A stretch of DNA of 63,661 nucleotides, the filler included, from Piptocephalis cylindrospora (Eukaryota): assembly GCA_003614145.1 (NCBI GenBank). It is 4 parts of 4 records of this genome, joined end to end, with 100 filler letters (N's around TTAATTAATTAA, not from the genome) between each part and the next. Parts side by side here need not be neighbours in the genome. Positions count along the whole stretch, not along the records: positions 32,020 to 47,800 come from KZ987883.1; 3 more parts are not named here. One strand, 5' to 3'. Below are positions 37,227-47,900 of this stretch, piece after piece. Every line of letters begins with the position of its first letter. Positions within the stretch are counted from its first letter, which is position 1. The notes beneath the pieces are model-generated. The model made no database searches. It saw only the letters and a list, made by a program, of their open reading frames with translations, and had not been told where the DNA came from. The position numbers and the translations under genes are program-made.

Positions 37227-39374
37227 ATGTCAAACCCCATCGCCTCCTCCATCCGAGAGGTCTTCCCGGCCACCGACACCGACGCTGCCCATTACCAACT
37301 CCTCTTTACACAGCACGCCCGTACCTTCCATAACGGGGAGGCCTTCCTCTCCCAAGCCGAATTTATCGACGCCATCACCGGTCCCTCCGAGGACTTTTCC
37401 CGCTTCTCCCGCTCCCATTACGCCGTCCTCTTCCATCTCGCCGACCGTCAACAATCGGGTCTCATCTCTCTCCCGGATTTCGTCGCCTTTGAACGTCTTC
37501 TCGCCAAGCCCGACGCCGAGTACGAGGTTGCCTTCCGTCTCTTCGACCCCGAAGGCACCGGCTCCATCACCTACGATAAATTCAAGAGCATCCTCAAGGC
37601 CAACGCCGACCCCAACGCTCCTCCCTTTGATTATGACTGCGAGTGGCTCCAGCTCTACCTGGGCCCCAACAAGGATCATCATCCCGTTGGCTACCTCGAG
37701 TTCACCCAGCTCCTCAAGGGCCTTCAGGGCGAACGACTTCGCCAAGAATTCCGTCACTACGACCGCTCCCACACCGGCTACATCTCCCCTGAGGATCTTC
37801 GTACCATGGTCCTGCACAATGCTCGGCACAAGCTCTCCGATGCCGTCTGCTCCAATCTCGCTGACCTCGCTAGTCTTGGGGGCGAGGATGGTCGGGTCAG
37901 TTACGCCGCTGTTCGTGCCTTCCATAATGTCATCAATCAACTCGATATTGTTGAAGCCATCGTCCGTCGTGCTATCACCTCCTCCAAGGACTACCGCATC
38001 ACCAAAGATGACTTTCGGGAAGCCGCTGCCCGTGGCGCCCGATTCTCCATCTTCACCCCCATGGAGGTCGACATCATCTTCCACTTTGCTGGTCTAACCA
38101 ATCCCTCTGGTCGCCTCACCGCCTCTGACTTTGCCCAAGTCCTTGATCCCTCCTGGGAACCCTACACCCCTCCCCCTTTTCCCTCTGAAAAAAAGGAGGG
38201 AGAGGACGAGACCCGTACCAGTGTCACTGCCGCTACCGGGAAAAAGATGGGCATAGAGATCCTGCGGGGCGCCTACAACTTTCTCCTTGGGTCCATTGGT
38301 GGAGCCATCGGAGCCACCGTTGTCTATCCCATTGACCTGGTCAAGACCCGCATTCAGAATCAAAGGTCCGCCGTGGTCGGGGAACTCCTCTACAAGAACA
38401 GTTGGGATTGCTTCCGTAAGGTCTTCCGCAACGAAGGTTTCCTCGGTCTCTACTCTGGTCTCGGACCTCAGCTCGTTGGTGTTGCCCCGGAAAAGGCCAT
38501 CAAGCTCACCATGAACGATCTGGTTCGCTCCATGTGCACTGATCCCACCACGGGTAGGATCCAGATCTGGCAGGAAATTATGGCCGGATGCGTTGCTGGT
38601 GGCTCTCAGGTCATCTTCACTAACCCCCTTGAGATCGTCAAAATCCGTCTCCAGGTCCAGGGTGAGTTGATTAGTAACGCCGATGGTACCCCCGCCGTCC
38701 GTCGAGGTGCCCTTTTCATTATCCGTGAATTGGGTATTCTCGGTCTGTATCGCGGCGCCTCCGCTTGCCTCCTCCGTGACATTCCTTTCTCTGGCATCTA
38801 TTTCTCTTCTTATGCCCATCTGAAGAAAGACGTCTTCCACGAGGGTCGCGATGGCAAGGTCCTGGGCATCGGCGAACTCCTGACCGCCGGTGCCATTGCC
38901 GGTATGCCTGCCGCCTACCTCACCACACCCGCCGACGTCATCAAGACCCGACTCCAGGTCAAGGCCCGAAAGGGTCAAACTAGCTATACCGGCATCCTCG
39001 ATGCCGCCCGCAAGATTCGTCAGGAAGAGGGAATCCGTGCCCTCTTCAAGGGCGGTCCTGCCCGTGTCCTCCGCTCCTCCCCCCAGTTTGGTACTACCCT
39101 CATGGTCTATGAACTGCTCAAGGGCGCCGTTCCCTTTGAAAGCGCCGCCTCCCTATTTTCCTCTTCTGTCCCATCCCCATCCCTACCCCCACCCCTCTCT
39201 CCATCTTCTCTTTCCGCCACTTCCGTTGATTCTCTTCAACGTCCTGTGGATGTTGGTCTCCAAAGGAGTCGCAATGCCCTCAAGATGCTCATGGATATGG
39301 ATTACAAGTTTGGCTCCTACGCCTCTTCCCCCCCCTCCCTCTCCTCTTCTTCTTCCAAGGAGACTGGAGCTTAG
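37227..39374 (+). CDS. AGC1: Mitochondrial aspartate/glutamate carrier with EF-hands (Aralar/citrin-like), intronless
   Basis: EF-hand loops DRQQSGLIS, DPEGTGSIT, DRSHTGYIS. Carrier signatures PIDLVKTRIQ, PLEIVKIRLQ, PADVIKTRLQ; GVAPEKAIKL, RSSPQFG. Confidence 0.96.
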   Translation: MSNPIASSIREVFPATDTDAAHYQLLFTQHARTFHNGEAFLSQAEFIDAITGPSEDFSRFSRSHYAVLFHLADRQQSGLISLPDFVAFERLLAKPDAEYEVAFRLFDPEGTGSITYDKFKSILKANADPNAPPFDYDCEWLQLYLGPNKDHHPVGYLEFTQLLKGLQGERLRQEFRHYDRSHTGYISPEDLRTMVLHNARHKLSDAVCSNLADLASLGGEDGRVSYAAVRAFHNVINQLDIVEAIVRRAITSSKDYRITKDDFREAAARGARFSIFTPMEVDIIFHFAGLTNPSGRLTASDFAQVLDPSWEPYTPPPFPSEKKEGEDETRTSVTAATGKKMGIEILRGAYNFLLGSIGGAIGATVVYPIDLVKTRIQNQRSAVVGELLYKNSWDCFRKVFRNEGFLGLYSGLGPQLVGVAPEKAIKLTMNDLVRSMCTDPTTGRIQIWQEIMAGCVAGGSQVIFTNPLEIVKIRLQVQGELISNADGTPAVRRGALFIIRELGILGLYRGASACLLRDIPFSGIYFSSYAHLKKDVFHEGRDGKVLGIGELLTAGAIAGMPAAYLTTPADVIKTRLQVKARKGQTSYTGILDAARKIRQEEGIRALFKGGPARVLRSSPQFGTTLMVYELLKGAVPFESAASLFSSSVPSPSLPPPLSPSSLSATSVDSLQRPVDVGLQRSRNALKMLMDMDYKFGSYASSPPSLSSSSSKETGA

Positions 39375-39854
39375 AGTGATGTCCCACGGCATCCATATAG
39401 ATTCTGTCATCATGGAGGTGTATCTCGAGAGGAGGGGTGAGTATCTTTTTTCCTCTAGGATTTTCTTATTTGCAAATGTCAAGAATGATTCATTTTTTCT
39501 GGTTTTGGATCTTGATCATCATCCCTTGTCAGCAAGAGGATAAGCTTCTCTTACTCTTTGTAGAAACACGACTCTTAAACCAAGGAAGCCTTTCCTCTCT
39601 AGAAAACCCCATCCCCGTTCAACTCCGATACATGCTCGCCGCCGGTTTAAACGCCAATGAGGCTCCACAGCGGAGTTGTAATGGTCAGACGGCTTCACAC
39701 AGGGGCATGGTATATCCCTTGTACCTTAAAAACAGATGCCATGCATCAAAGAGCCGTGGCAGTCCAAAGTCAGGGTCCTTCCTTATTGCCTTTTTCCTCC
39801 TTCCCCCATCCAACTATTCATCCACATCCCAAGCGGTCTTCCCATCCCTTATCC

Positions 39855-42800
39855 ATGTCGATTGCGCCACTCGAAGACATTGCGGATTCTATTGACACTC
39901 AGCCCGTACGAGATGGGAAGAGCAAGAAGGTTGAACAGAGGGCTGAGGGGGAGGACATTGAGAAGACGGTGATCGAGGATAGGGTCCAAGAGGAGGAAAG
40001 GATGGAAGAGAGGACTGGGGGGGATGAAACTGAGGAGAAGGAAGAAGATAAAGTTATAGATGAAGAGGAAGCATCCCAGAGGGAAAGATCATCTGAAGGG
40101 GACGTGACGGAAAAGACCGAGTCGAGTGGAGAGGTGAGCAATGGGACCTCAGAGCCTAAATCGACTGAAGAACAGACTCGGGACATTAATGATAAGGAGG
40201 ATGAAGAAAAAGATTTTTTGAATGGAAAAGATGAGGGTGATGTCTCCTCAAGGAGGAGCTCGGAGACGGGAAAAGAGGAAAGTCCAGTATCCCCACGTAA
40301 CCTCTCCGAAAGACTAAGGTATGCTGTGTCGAGCAAGAGGTCCGAATCCACATCTCCCCGATCCACCTCGGCTGCGTCTTCCCGCCGCAATTCATCCTCC
40401 TCTATTGCGTCCAACCCGGCCAAAGAGGAGGCCAATTCGAGCGGAAAGCCCCCCTTCCGGGTCCCTAGAGCAAGGAGTCCCGGATTTACCCTATCCCTTG
40501 ACTCTCCCCTTCTAGACCGCCCTACCCCAAGCCCAGTGAAACGACGGGAGCATTCCAAATCCCTACGTGACTTCCCTCAAACCCCCCCCCTTCCAGTGGG
40601 AGCGGGCGATCTGGAGAAGAGGGGGACTCGGATGAACTGGGTCCAGTGCGACGAAGGGTTCGGGACCTCGAGTCGGACATTTCCCTCACTCGAAAGGTAA
40701 ATAGTCCTTTTGGATGCAGATGTATACGACCATCCTCACGCAACCCCTCCCATCCTTCTAGGACGGCCGATATAAAGAAGGCAAATTGAACGGAACCGCA
40801 AACCCCCAGTTAAAGCTACAAATTGAGGAAAGTAATCGAAAGGTTGAGGAGCTTATCAAGAAATTAACGGAGAAGGAAGCCCAAGTGACGGGTTTGATGC
40901 AAGAAGGGGAAAAGTTGAGTAAGCAAGAGCTTCGTCTTAACCAGACCATTAAGAAACTTCGGGCTACTGCGCTTGATGAGGAGAAGAGGCGGATTGCCTT
41001 GGAAAAGCGCATTGTCCAGATGGAAAAGGTCAACTCAGACCTCACGGCCCGGGTCACTCGTTTGATGGATAGTGAAAAAAAGTCTATGGGTAAGTGGGGA
41101 GGGGAGATAATATGAGTCCGATGCATAGCTCATCCTATTCTCCTTTCCCACTGCCATTGCCATGATAGATGTGGCCAAAACGGCTAATAAAGCGGCTGAT
41201 ACCTTGGGCAAGCAGGTGGGCCGTCTGGAAGGTGATCTTGCCTCAGCTAAGGCCAATCTAGATCGTGTGCAACGGGAGCTGCAAGGGGGTAAGAAGGACC
41301 GAGAGAAGGCCATGGCCAAGGCCGGAGCCACCAAATCCATGGAGGAGACTTTGGAGCAGGAGGTGAGTGGTTGAGGAAAAAAGGAAGGGAATAGGATGTG
41401 AGAGGACTAAGCAACCACAACCGTCTTTCTTATCACTATAGAAACGATCGGCGGAGAAGCTACGAAAGGAACTCAAGAATCTACAGGCCTCCTCCAAGGA
41501 GCAGGAGGAAAGGACAAAAAAGCAAGTGGAGCAGCTCAGGGTCTCTTTGGCCGAAACTGAGTCCAAGTTAGGGAGCAGGGAGGAAGATCTTCTTCAGGAC
41601 CTGAGCAGGGCTCAGAGTAGGCTGGAGGAACTGGAGAGAGCCCAAGATGCCTCTCAGAGGACTGAAGATATCACGGCCCGTGGCCTTGTCGAGTCCCTAG
41701 AGACCTTGCAAGAGCAGTATCGAACGGCCATGGTAGAGTGGGATGGAAAGGAGAAGAGGTAAGAGGCTCTCCTTGCTGACTACTAGGGATGTGGCGACTT
41801 GTGGAAAGGACTAATGGAATACTCACCTCCCTCCACGACTGCACATCCTCTGTAGCTATCGCGAGCAGCTGTCCAATATCAATGAAGGAAGTGAGGAGGA
41901 GAAGGGAGAATTGCAGAGGAGCAAGGACCAGCTATCTGAGATGGTAGGTGGCCCCTTCACTGGAGGATGAGGATTCATCTCACTCACGGATTAAATTGTA
42001 GGATGAGCTATTGACTGGGCTTCGTGAAGAGCTAGCCGAAGTTCGGCAGGCTCATCGAATAATCCAAGCTGAATTAAGGGTAAATTTATGTTTTGGAAGG
42101 GGGTAGGCTCAAGGGGCATTCGCTCATAACCTCAATAATGTATAGGAAAAGACCCGCTTGGAGGCTAATAGGGATACAATTGTGGCAGATTACGAAGCAA
42201 GGATTTCGGAGATGGAGGACCAGATTCGAAAGCGGGAACAGGAGATGGAGAAACAAGTGGCCGAGGAAAGAAGGAAGAGGGAGGAGGTGGAAGATCGAAT
42301 TAAGAGGGAAAGAGATGATCAACGATCCAGAGATACCCGTCCAGGCCGTCTTGCGCTCGATGGATCATCCAATCGTTCTCAAAGCCAAAAGTCCTCTTGG
42401 GGTGGGTCACCCGGAAAGACCGATTCCCCAGGAAAATCTAGCCCTAAGACGGAGGGTGAGGATGAGCACGTCATAGCTGCTCTTGAGACACGGCTATCCC
42501 TTTTGGAATCGGACAACGGTCAGTGATCTGGATTATGTGGGTGAGGAGAGAAGGCGTCCTCACAGCAATACTCATCCTCTCTCCCCCTGGAATGGGGCAA
42601 TACGATGGATGATCAGAGAAGCTCAAGGAGGAACTAGTGGGGACGACGGTCAAGGCGGACAAATTGTAAGGATGAGGAAGTGTGTCGCCGATAGGATGCG
42701 TTACTGATCCATCTCTTCCCTATAGCTTAAAGACTCAGGAACAACTGGAGATGATCATTGCCACCAAGCATGCACTTGAGGAACAGTAAGTCATCCGAGC

Positions 42801-43019
42801 AATGGTCCATCCTTACCCCCACTCTTCCCAGCCTCACATCTTCCTTTGACGAATAGATTGCAATCCACTGAGGATAAGCTGGGGTACAAGACGGATCAGG
42901 TGACGGAGCTGGAGGCGGACATTGAGGATATGAAGGGGGTTTACCGTAAGCAGATTGGTCAGTTGATCAGTAAGATTGAGGAATTGTCCAAGAAGGATCG
43001 ATCTGTCATTAAGTTTTAA
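39855..43019 (+). CDS. SGM1: Golgin Sgm1/TMF1 coiled-coil protein; multi-exon; apparent frame break near the C9 run at 40582-40590
   Basis: LMQEGEKLSKQELRLNQTIKKLR (TMF N-terminal block) and C-terminal LGYKTDQVTELEADIEDMKGVYRKQI; stop TAA 43017-43019. Confidence 0.85.
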
Positions 43020-43164
43020 TATCTTGATGGGTATATTCAAGGAGGATAAAAGTTAATAATACATATCGTGTCTTATACGAACTGGTTCATGGCCCTGATG
43101 GGATCCATGAAATCCGCGTTACATACGAGAGGATAGATGGGATATGAAATGGGCATGAGTACAT

Positions 43165-44727
43165 TTACGATGGGGTAGTCCCAGAAGAGACCTTGAGATC
43201 TGGTTGGGTCTCAGTATCCTCTTTTACCGCATCGCCCGTGTCTCTAGTCTTTTCCTGGGCGCTTTGGTTAAAACCTTCCGTAGTTTCTCCCATGGCTTCA
43301 TCCAAAGATACGTCCGTGGGTTTCTCCTGAATATCTTCCCTGGAATCTTCCTCAACCCCGTTCTTGATGGCTTCCACGATCCCCCCCCTCGACCTTGTCT
43401 TTCCCCCCACTCTCTACTTTTTCCTCTCTGGTCCCGTCCTTTTTCTTTTCTTGTTTGGCGTCTTCCTCCACCTCTCGCTTGATCTCCACCTCTTTCACTT
43501 TGTCCTCTCCCCCTTCATCCACCCCCCCGTCCTTATTCATCTCCGCCTTAGAAATGACAGTGTCAGAATCAGAGCGTTGATCCACCCGAATGGCCTTGGT
43601 CTTGGGTTTTTCATGGGATTGGGATATTTCATCACAGGATCTCTTTTGACCTTGAGGACCGGAGAAGGAAGGATGCCAACTGGATACTTGGCCATACCAC
43701 TCAGGATGAAGGGACGTACTCATCCTTCTTAGGGCATCTTCAACGAGACGAGCATCCCTCTTTCGTTGCTCGAGTGCCCAGGACATTGGTCGAGAGGAAG
43801 TGTCTTCCACCTAAGGGGGGGGGGAAGGGGTGGGGAGATGTGAGTGGATGGAAAAAGGGCAAAAAGGGATGGAGAGGGGGGCAAATGTACCTTGGTAGAT
43901 TGGTAGGTATGAGAAGGGGGAAATTCAGGGAGATGGGAGGGGATGTGAGCGGGACGATGGGGTTTATGTGTCTCTGTACTGGGAGGGGTGACGGGGAAGG
44001 ACGGAAGAGATTGACGGAAGAGGGAGGCAGAATCTTGAAGGACTCCTGATGCTGGGGTGGATTTAGAACGGGATTTAGATCCTAATGGGTAGGAGGAGAT
44101 AAGCGAGGTCAAGACAAGGATATCCACAGAGGGGCTTTAGGAATGAGATGGTACACACCCTTGGCTTTTGCTGGCTTCTTGGGAGCAGGCTTCCTCAAAT
44201 GATGCTTCAGCCCTTGGGCATTAACGCCAAGGGAGGATAGGGTGGTGAGTAGGTCGGTGGGGGAAGGACGGGGACGACGGGCTATTTCTGCCCATTCCTT
44301 TGTATCTTGCAGTAAGCATGTGAGGTCTATGGGGATTGGAGATGGGTGGTGAGGGAAGAGAAGTAGAGTATGGGGGCCTTCCCATTCAATTTATACATTG
44401 ATCCAAAAGGGATTGAAAGGCCAGGAGGGAGCCTTGAGTAGCATCGGTGAAGCCAGCAGAGGAAAGAAACCTTGCGATGAGTCTTTGAGTCAACTGAGAA
44501 GCTTGCTCATGGGTGATGGGTGGATGAGAGGGCTGTTTTGGATGGTCTGAGGAGGCTGAGGATCCAGAGGAGGTTGAGGATCCAGAGGAGATTGAAGATC
44601 CAGAGGCGGTCGAGGACCTAGAAGCGGTCGAGGACCCAGTAGCGACAATATCTTCTTTAGAGACCACTGAAACAGACCGGGAGGCAGGTGTGGAGGGTGG
44701 AGCGGGATGGTTAGACATGCTGGACAT
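43165..44727 (-). CDS. TAF8: TFIID subunit 8; multi-exon; ends at 43352 as assembled or 43165 if the tail frame is repaired
   Basis: Histone-fold IARFLSSAGF...WAEIARRPRPSPTDL; TAF8 C-domain PAHIPSHLPEFPPSHTYQST and ARLVEDALRR. Confidence 0.85.
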
Positions 44728-44942
44728 GGGTTGACCAAAGGGCACTAAAGGGAACGGATGAACAAAAGGTGGGTGGAAGAGCAGAGACTTGTGAATGTTT
44801 TCAACAACAATCACAACGCGTTTATCACTCTTTCCATGTGCATCACTGTATCTGAACCCAGGTTCACTTTGGGTGCAACCAGGTTGACCTTGGATTTTAT
44901 GGTTCAAAGAGCGTGGCTTGGCCAGTGATCCAATGCTTCTTG

Positions 44943-44998
44943 GGGCCTGGAGTCGCAGCTAGGGCCTGGAAGCACAGCTAGGGTCTGGAAGCACACTA
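44943..44998. repeat. Three imperfect 19-bp tandem repeats (GGGCCTGGAAGCACAGCTA consensus) in the TAF8/CDC12 divergent intergenic region
   Basis: Units at 44943-44961, 44962-44980, 44981-44998. Confidence 0.8.
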
Positions 44999-45440
44999 TG
45001 ATGAGTGGAAAACTCCGCCATCATTATTTCCCTCCCCCGTTCAAGCACTCTGTGTGTCTGTCTACCAATCCTAAAAGAAAGAATAGGAAACATCCTCCTC
45101 TCCCCGCCCTCTCTCTCTCTCATTAGGAGTCTATACGGCTGAGTGTGGGGTCCTCACACAGGGAGATATAGTCAGTCTACTCTGTGTGCGTCCCCTTTTC
45201 CCTTGATCTCTCTATGCCTGTCTCCTTCACTCAGGTCAGTAGGACGACCAAGAGATCAACCCCCGCCCGACCCTTCAGCCCCAGTCAGTGTAAGAGGAGT
45301 CTCCCACCTATGAAGAGACACCTTCTGTTCCCCTCCCACCTGTGGAAACTCCTCTTTCCCTTCCCCTCCTTCCTTCTTTACCCTCCCTTCCTCTTCTTAA
45401 TAAAACCCCCTTGATCCCCACCCTCCCCCAACTAGTCATC

Positions 45441-46689
45441 ATGGCCCCTAGCAAGGATATTGGTATTGCTGATTTACCCAATCAGCGTCACAAGATTGAG
45501 ACGAAAAAGGGGGCCAACTTTACCGTGATGGTGGTCGGTAGGTGACCTGAGCTGTGGGGGGGGGACTATGGACTGGGTCATGACCCATACTCATCCTAGC
45601 CCACTCGAATTCATCTCACCAGGCGAATCTGGATTGGGTAAGACCACCTTCATCAACACCCTCTTCACCACAACCATCGTCGAGCACAAGGACCACAGGA
45701 GGAGGTTCCAAAAGCAGCTGGAAAAGACAACGGATATCCAGATCACCAAGGCAGATCTTCAGGAAAAGATGTTCCAGATGAGGTTGAACATTGTGGATAC
45801 CCCGGGATTTGGGGATTACGTGGATAACCGGGATGCCTCCCTGCCCATTGTGGACTTTATCGACAGCCAGTACGAGTCGTACCTGCGCCAGGAGCAGCAA
45901 CCGACTCGGGAGGGCAAGGTGGACATGCGGGTTCATGCGTGCCTGTACTTTATCCGACCCACGGGCCATGGACTCAAGTCCCTGGATGTGGAGGTGATGA
46001 AGCAATTGGGTTCCCGGTGTAATCTCATTCCGGTGATCGGCAAGGCCGATACCCTGTGTGCCGCGGATCTCCTGGCCTTCAAAAAGACGATTCGCTCCCA
46101 GATTCAGGAGCATGAGATTCAAGTGTACGATGTCTCCGCCCGCACCTCCCCCAAGGAGGAGGGGGATTCGGACTCGGAGGATGAGGATGAGGCGCGCACC
46201 CCCGAGGATGCCACCCCCTCTCTCACCCGGATCATGCCCTTTTCCATTGTTGGGAGCGACCGGGATGTACGGACGTCGGATGGTCGGGTGGTCAAGGGTC
46301 GGGAGTACCCTTGGGGCGTGGTGGAGGTGGAGAATGAGGAGCACTGTGACTTTATCCTCCTGCGTGATCTCCTGATCCGTACGCACATGCTTGACCTGAT
46401 CACGTCGACCGAAGAGGTGCACTACGACTCATACCGATCCAAGCACCTTGCTGGCACCCTCCCCACCACCAAGGCCTCCCAGCTCACCTCCAAGTTCAAG
46501 GAGGAGGAGGAGACGCTGCGTCGCCGGTTCACCGAGCAGGTCAAACTGGAGGAAAACCGGTTCAGGCAATGGGAATCCCGGCTCATCTCGGAGCGTGATC
46601 GTCTCAACAAGGACCTTGAAACCGAGCATTCCTATGTCAAGGCCCTGGAGGCTGATCTTGAGGCCTATTCCAAGCAGTATAGGAAGTGA
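45441..46689 (+). CDS. CDC12: Septin Cdc12; intron 45538-45622
   Basis: IGIADLPNQRHK, GESGLGKTTFINTLF, DTPGFGDYVDNRD, RVHACLYFIRPTGH, GREYPWG, C-terminal coiled coil KFKEEEETLRRRFTEQVK. Confidence 0.95.
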
Positions 46690-47800
46690 TCCTTTGAAGG
46701 GAGATGAAGAGAAGGGGAGGGTGGGGGAGGGGACTACTGAGGGCGCCGAGGGAATGGAGTAATATGAAGTGCTTTCTCTACTTTGGGGATCATGTGGATA
46801 TGGAAGGGAGAGGCTGGCCCGACACACTTTTGTTCATGCTCACACTCCCCTGCACCCTTCTTCATGGGTTCTTGTATGCACAATGGATGTGCCTCTCTTC
46901 CTCCTTGCATCCACCACGTTCCCTCGTTCGTCGGCTCGAGAGGGAGGGCGGTTTGGACAGTGAATGGAGCTCCCATCCCATGTTGAACGATGCCTCGTTC
47001 ATCCTTTCTGAGAATCCAAAGTATTAGGAGAATCCTTGGGCCTATGACGTGGAGGGTACGGTGAGTCTCACGGGCAAAAAGGACACAAGATCTGAGGCCT
47101 GGTCCAAAAAGGGATGCAATTTGGAGATGGTCTTGATTAAATATCCTTAATTTACCTCGACCCTCCCAACACGGTCGGATATGGCCTCTCCTACCAACAC
47201 AGCCAGAGATTCCAAGCCGCCCTCCTGCCCCTCTAGGACATCCCCTCCTCCCAAGGTGAGTGTGGGATGGGAAGTGCACGAGGTTGAGACCCTCTATTGC
47301 AGTCTTGGAGCCCAGCTTGACTGGTTCGGTGGATCTCCGCCTTTCCCCTTCCCTCTCCTGAATGCTATGGATGGTCCGATGCTGTCCTCTCTCCCCCATA
47401 ACGAAGCTCTGTGTGGGGAGAGGGATAGGGCGAAATCGAGCGGGATCTCGTCAACGCCTCCCCAACCTTCAAGTGACCATCTTGAACAATGAGAGAGCGC
47501 GAGGATGAATTGCTACTACTACCGCCCGTACTACTACTACTACTACCACCACCACCGCCATTCTTCCTCCTCTGCCCCCTCCCATCATCAGCCCCAGGAC
47601 ATGGTGATGATGTGGAGGGAGGCTCAGGCGTAAGGATGCGTGGACTCGCTCACTTGCTGTTTCCCCATGTGTGCCACAAGAAGGTCAACAAGTGGGAGAC
47701 TTTCTGCCCCATCCACATATACAGATTCACACACCAGTTCCCAGCATTGAGGATCTCCTCCTTTCCGGTTTCATTGGCCCCCGCATATCACCCCCACCCA

Positions 47801-47900
47801 NNNNNNNNNNNNNNNNNNNNNNNNNNNNNNNNNNNNNNNNNNNNTTAATTAATTAANNNNNNNNNNNNNNNNNNNNNNNNNNNNNNNNNNNNNNNNNNNN
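47801..47900. other. Artificial contig spacer N44-TTAATTAATTAA-N44
   Basis: Same 100-nt linker. Confidence 0.98.

Noticed and set aside
37230..38978. Antisense ORFs of 284 and 294 aa over AGC1 (likewise 45616-46422 over CDC12)
   Set aside because: Shadow ORFs from C-ending codon bias of conserved sense genes
44943..44998. CRISPR-like array
   Set aside because: Units are contiguous with no spacers, the context is eukaryotic, and no cas genes are present
46734..47800. Gene fragment at the end of contig 3
   Set aside because: Several short ORFs on both strands but no consistent exon chain or recognisable motif
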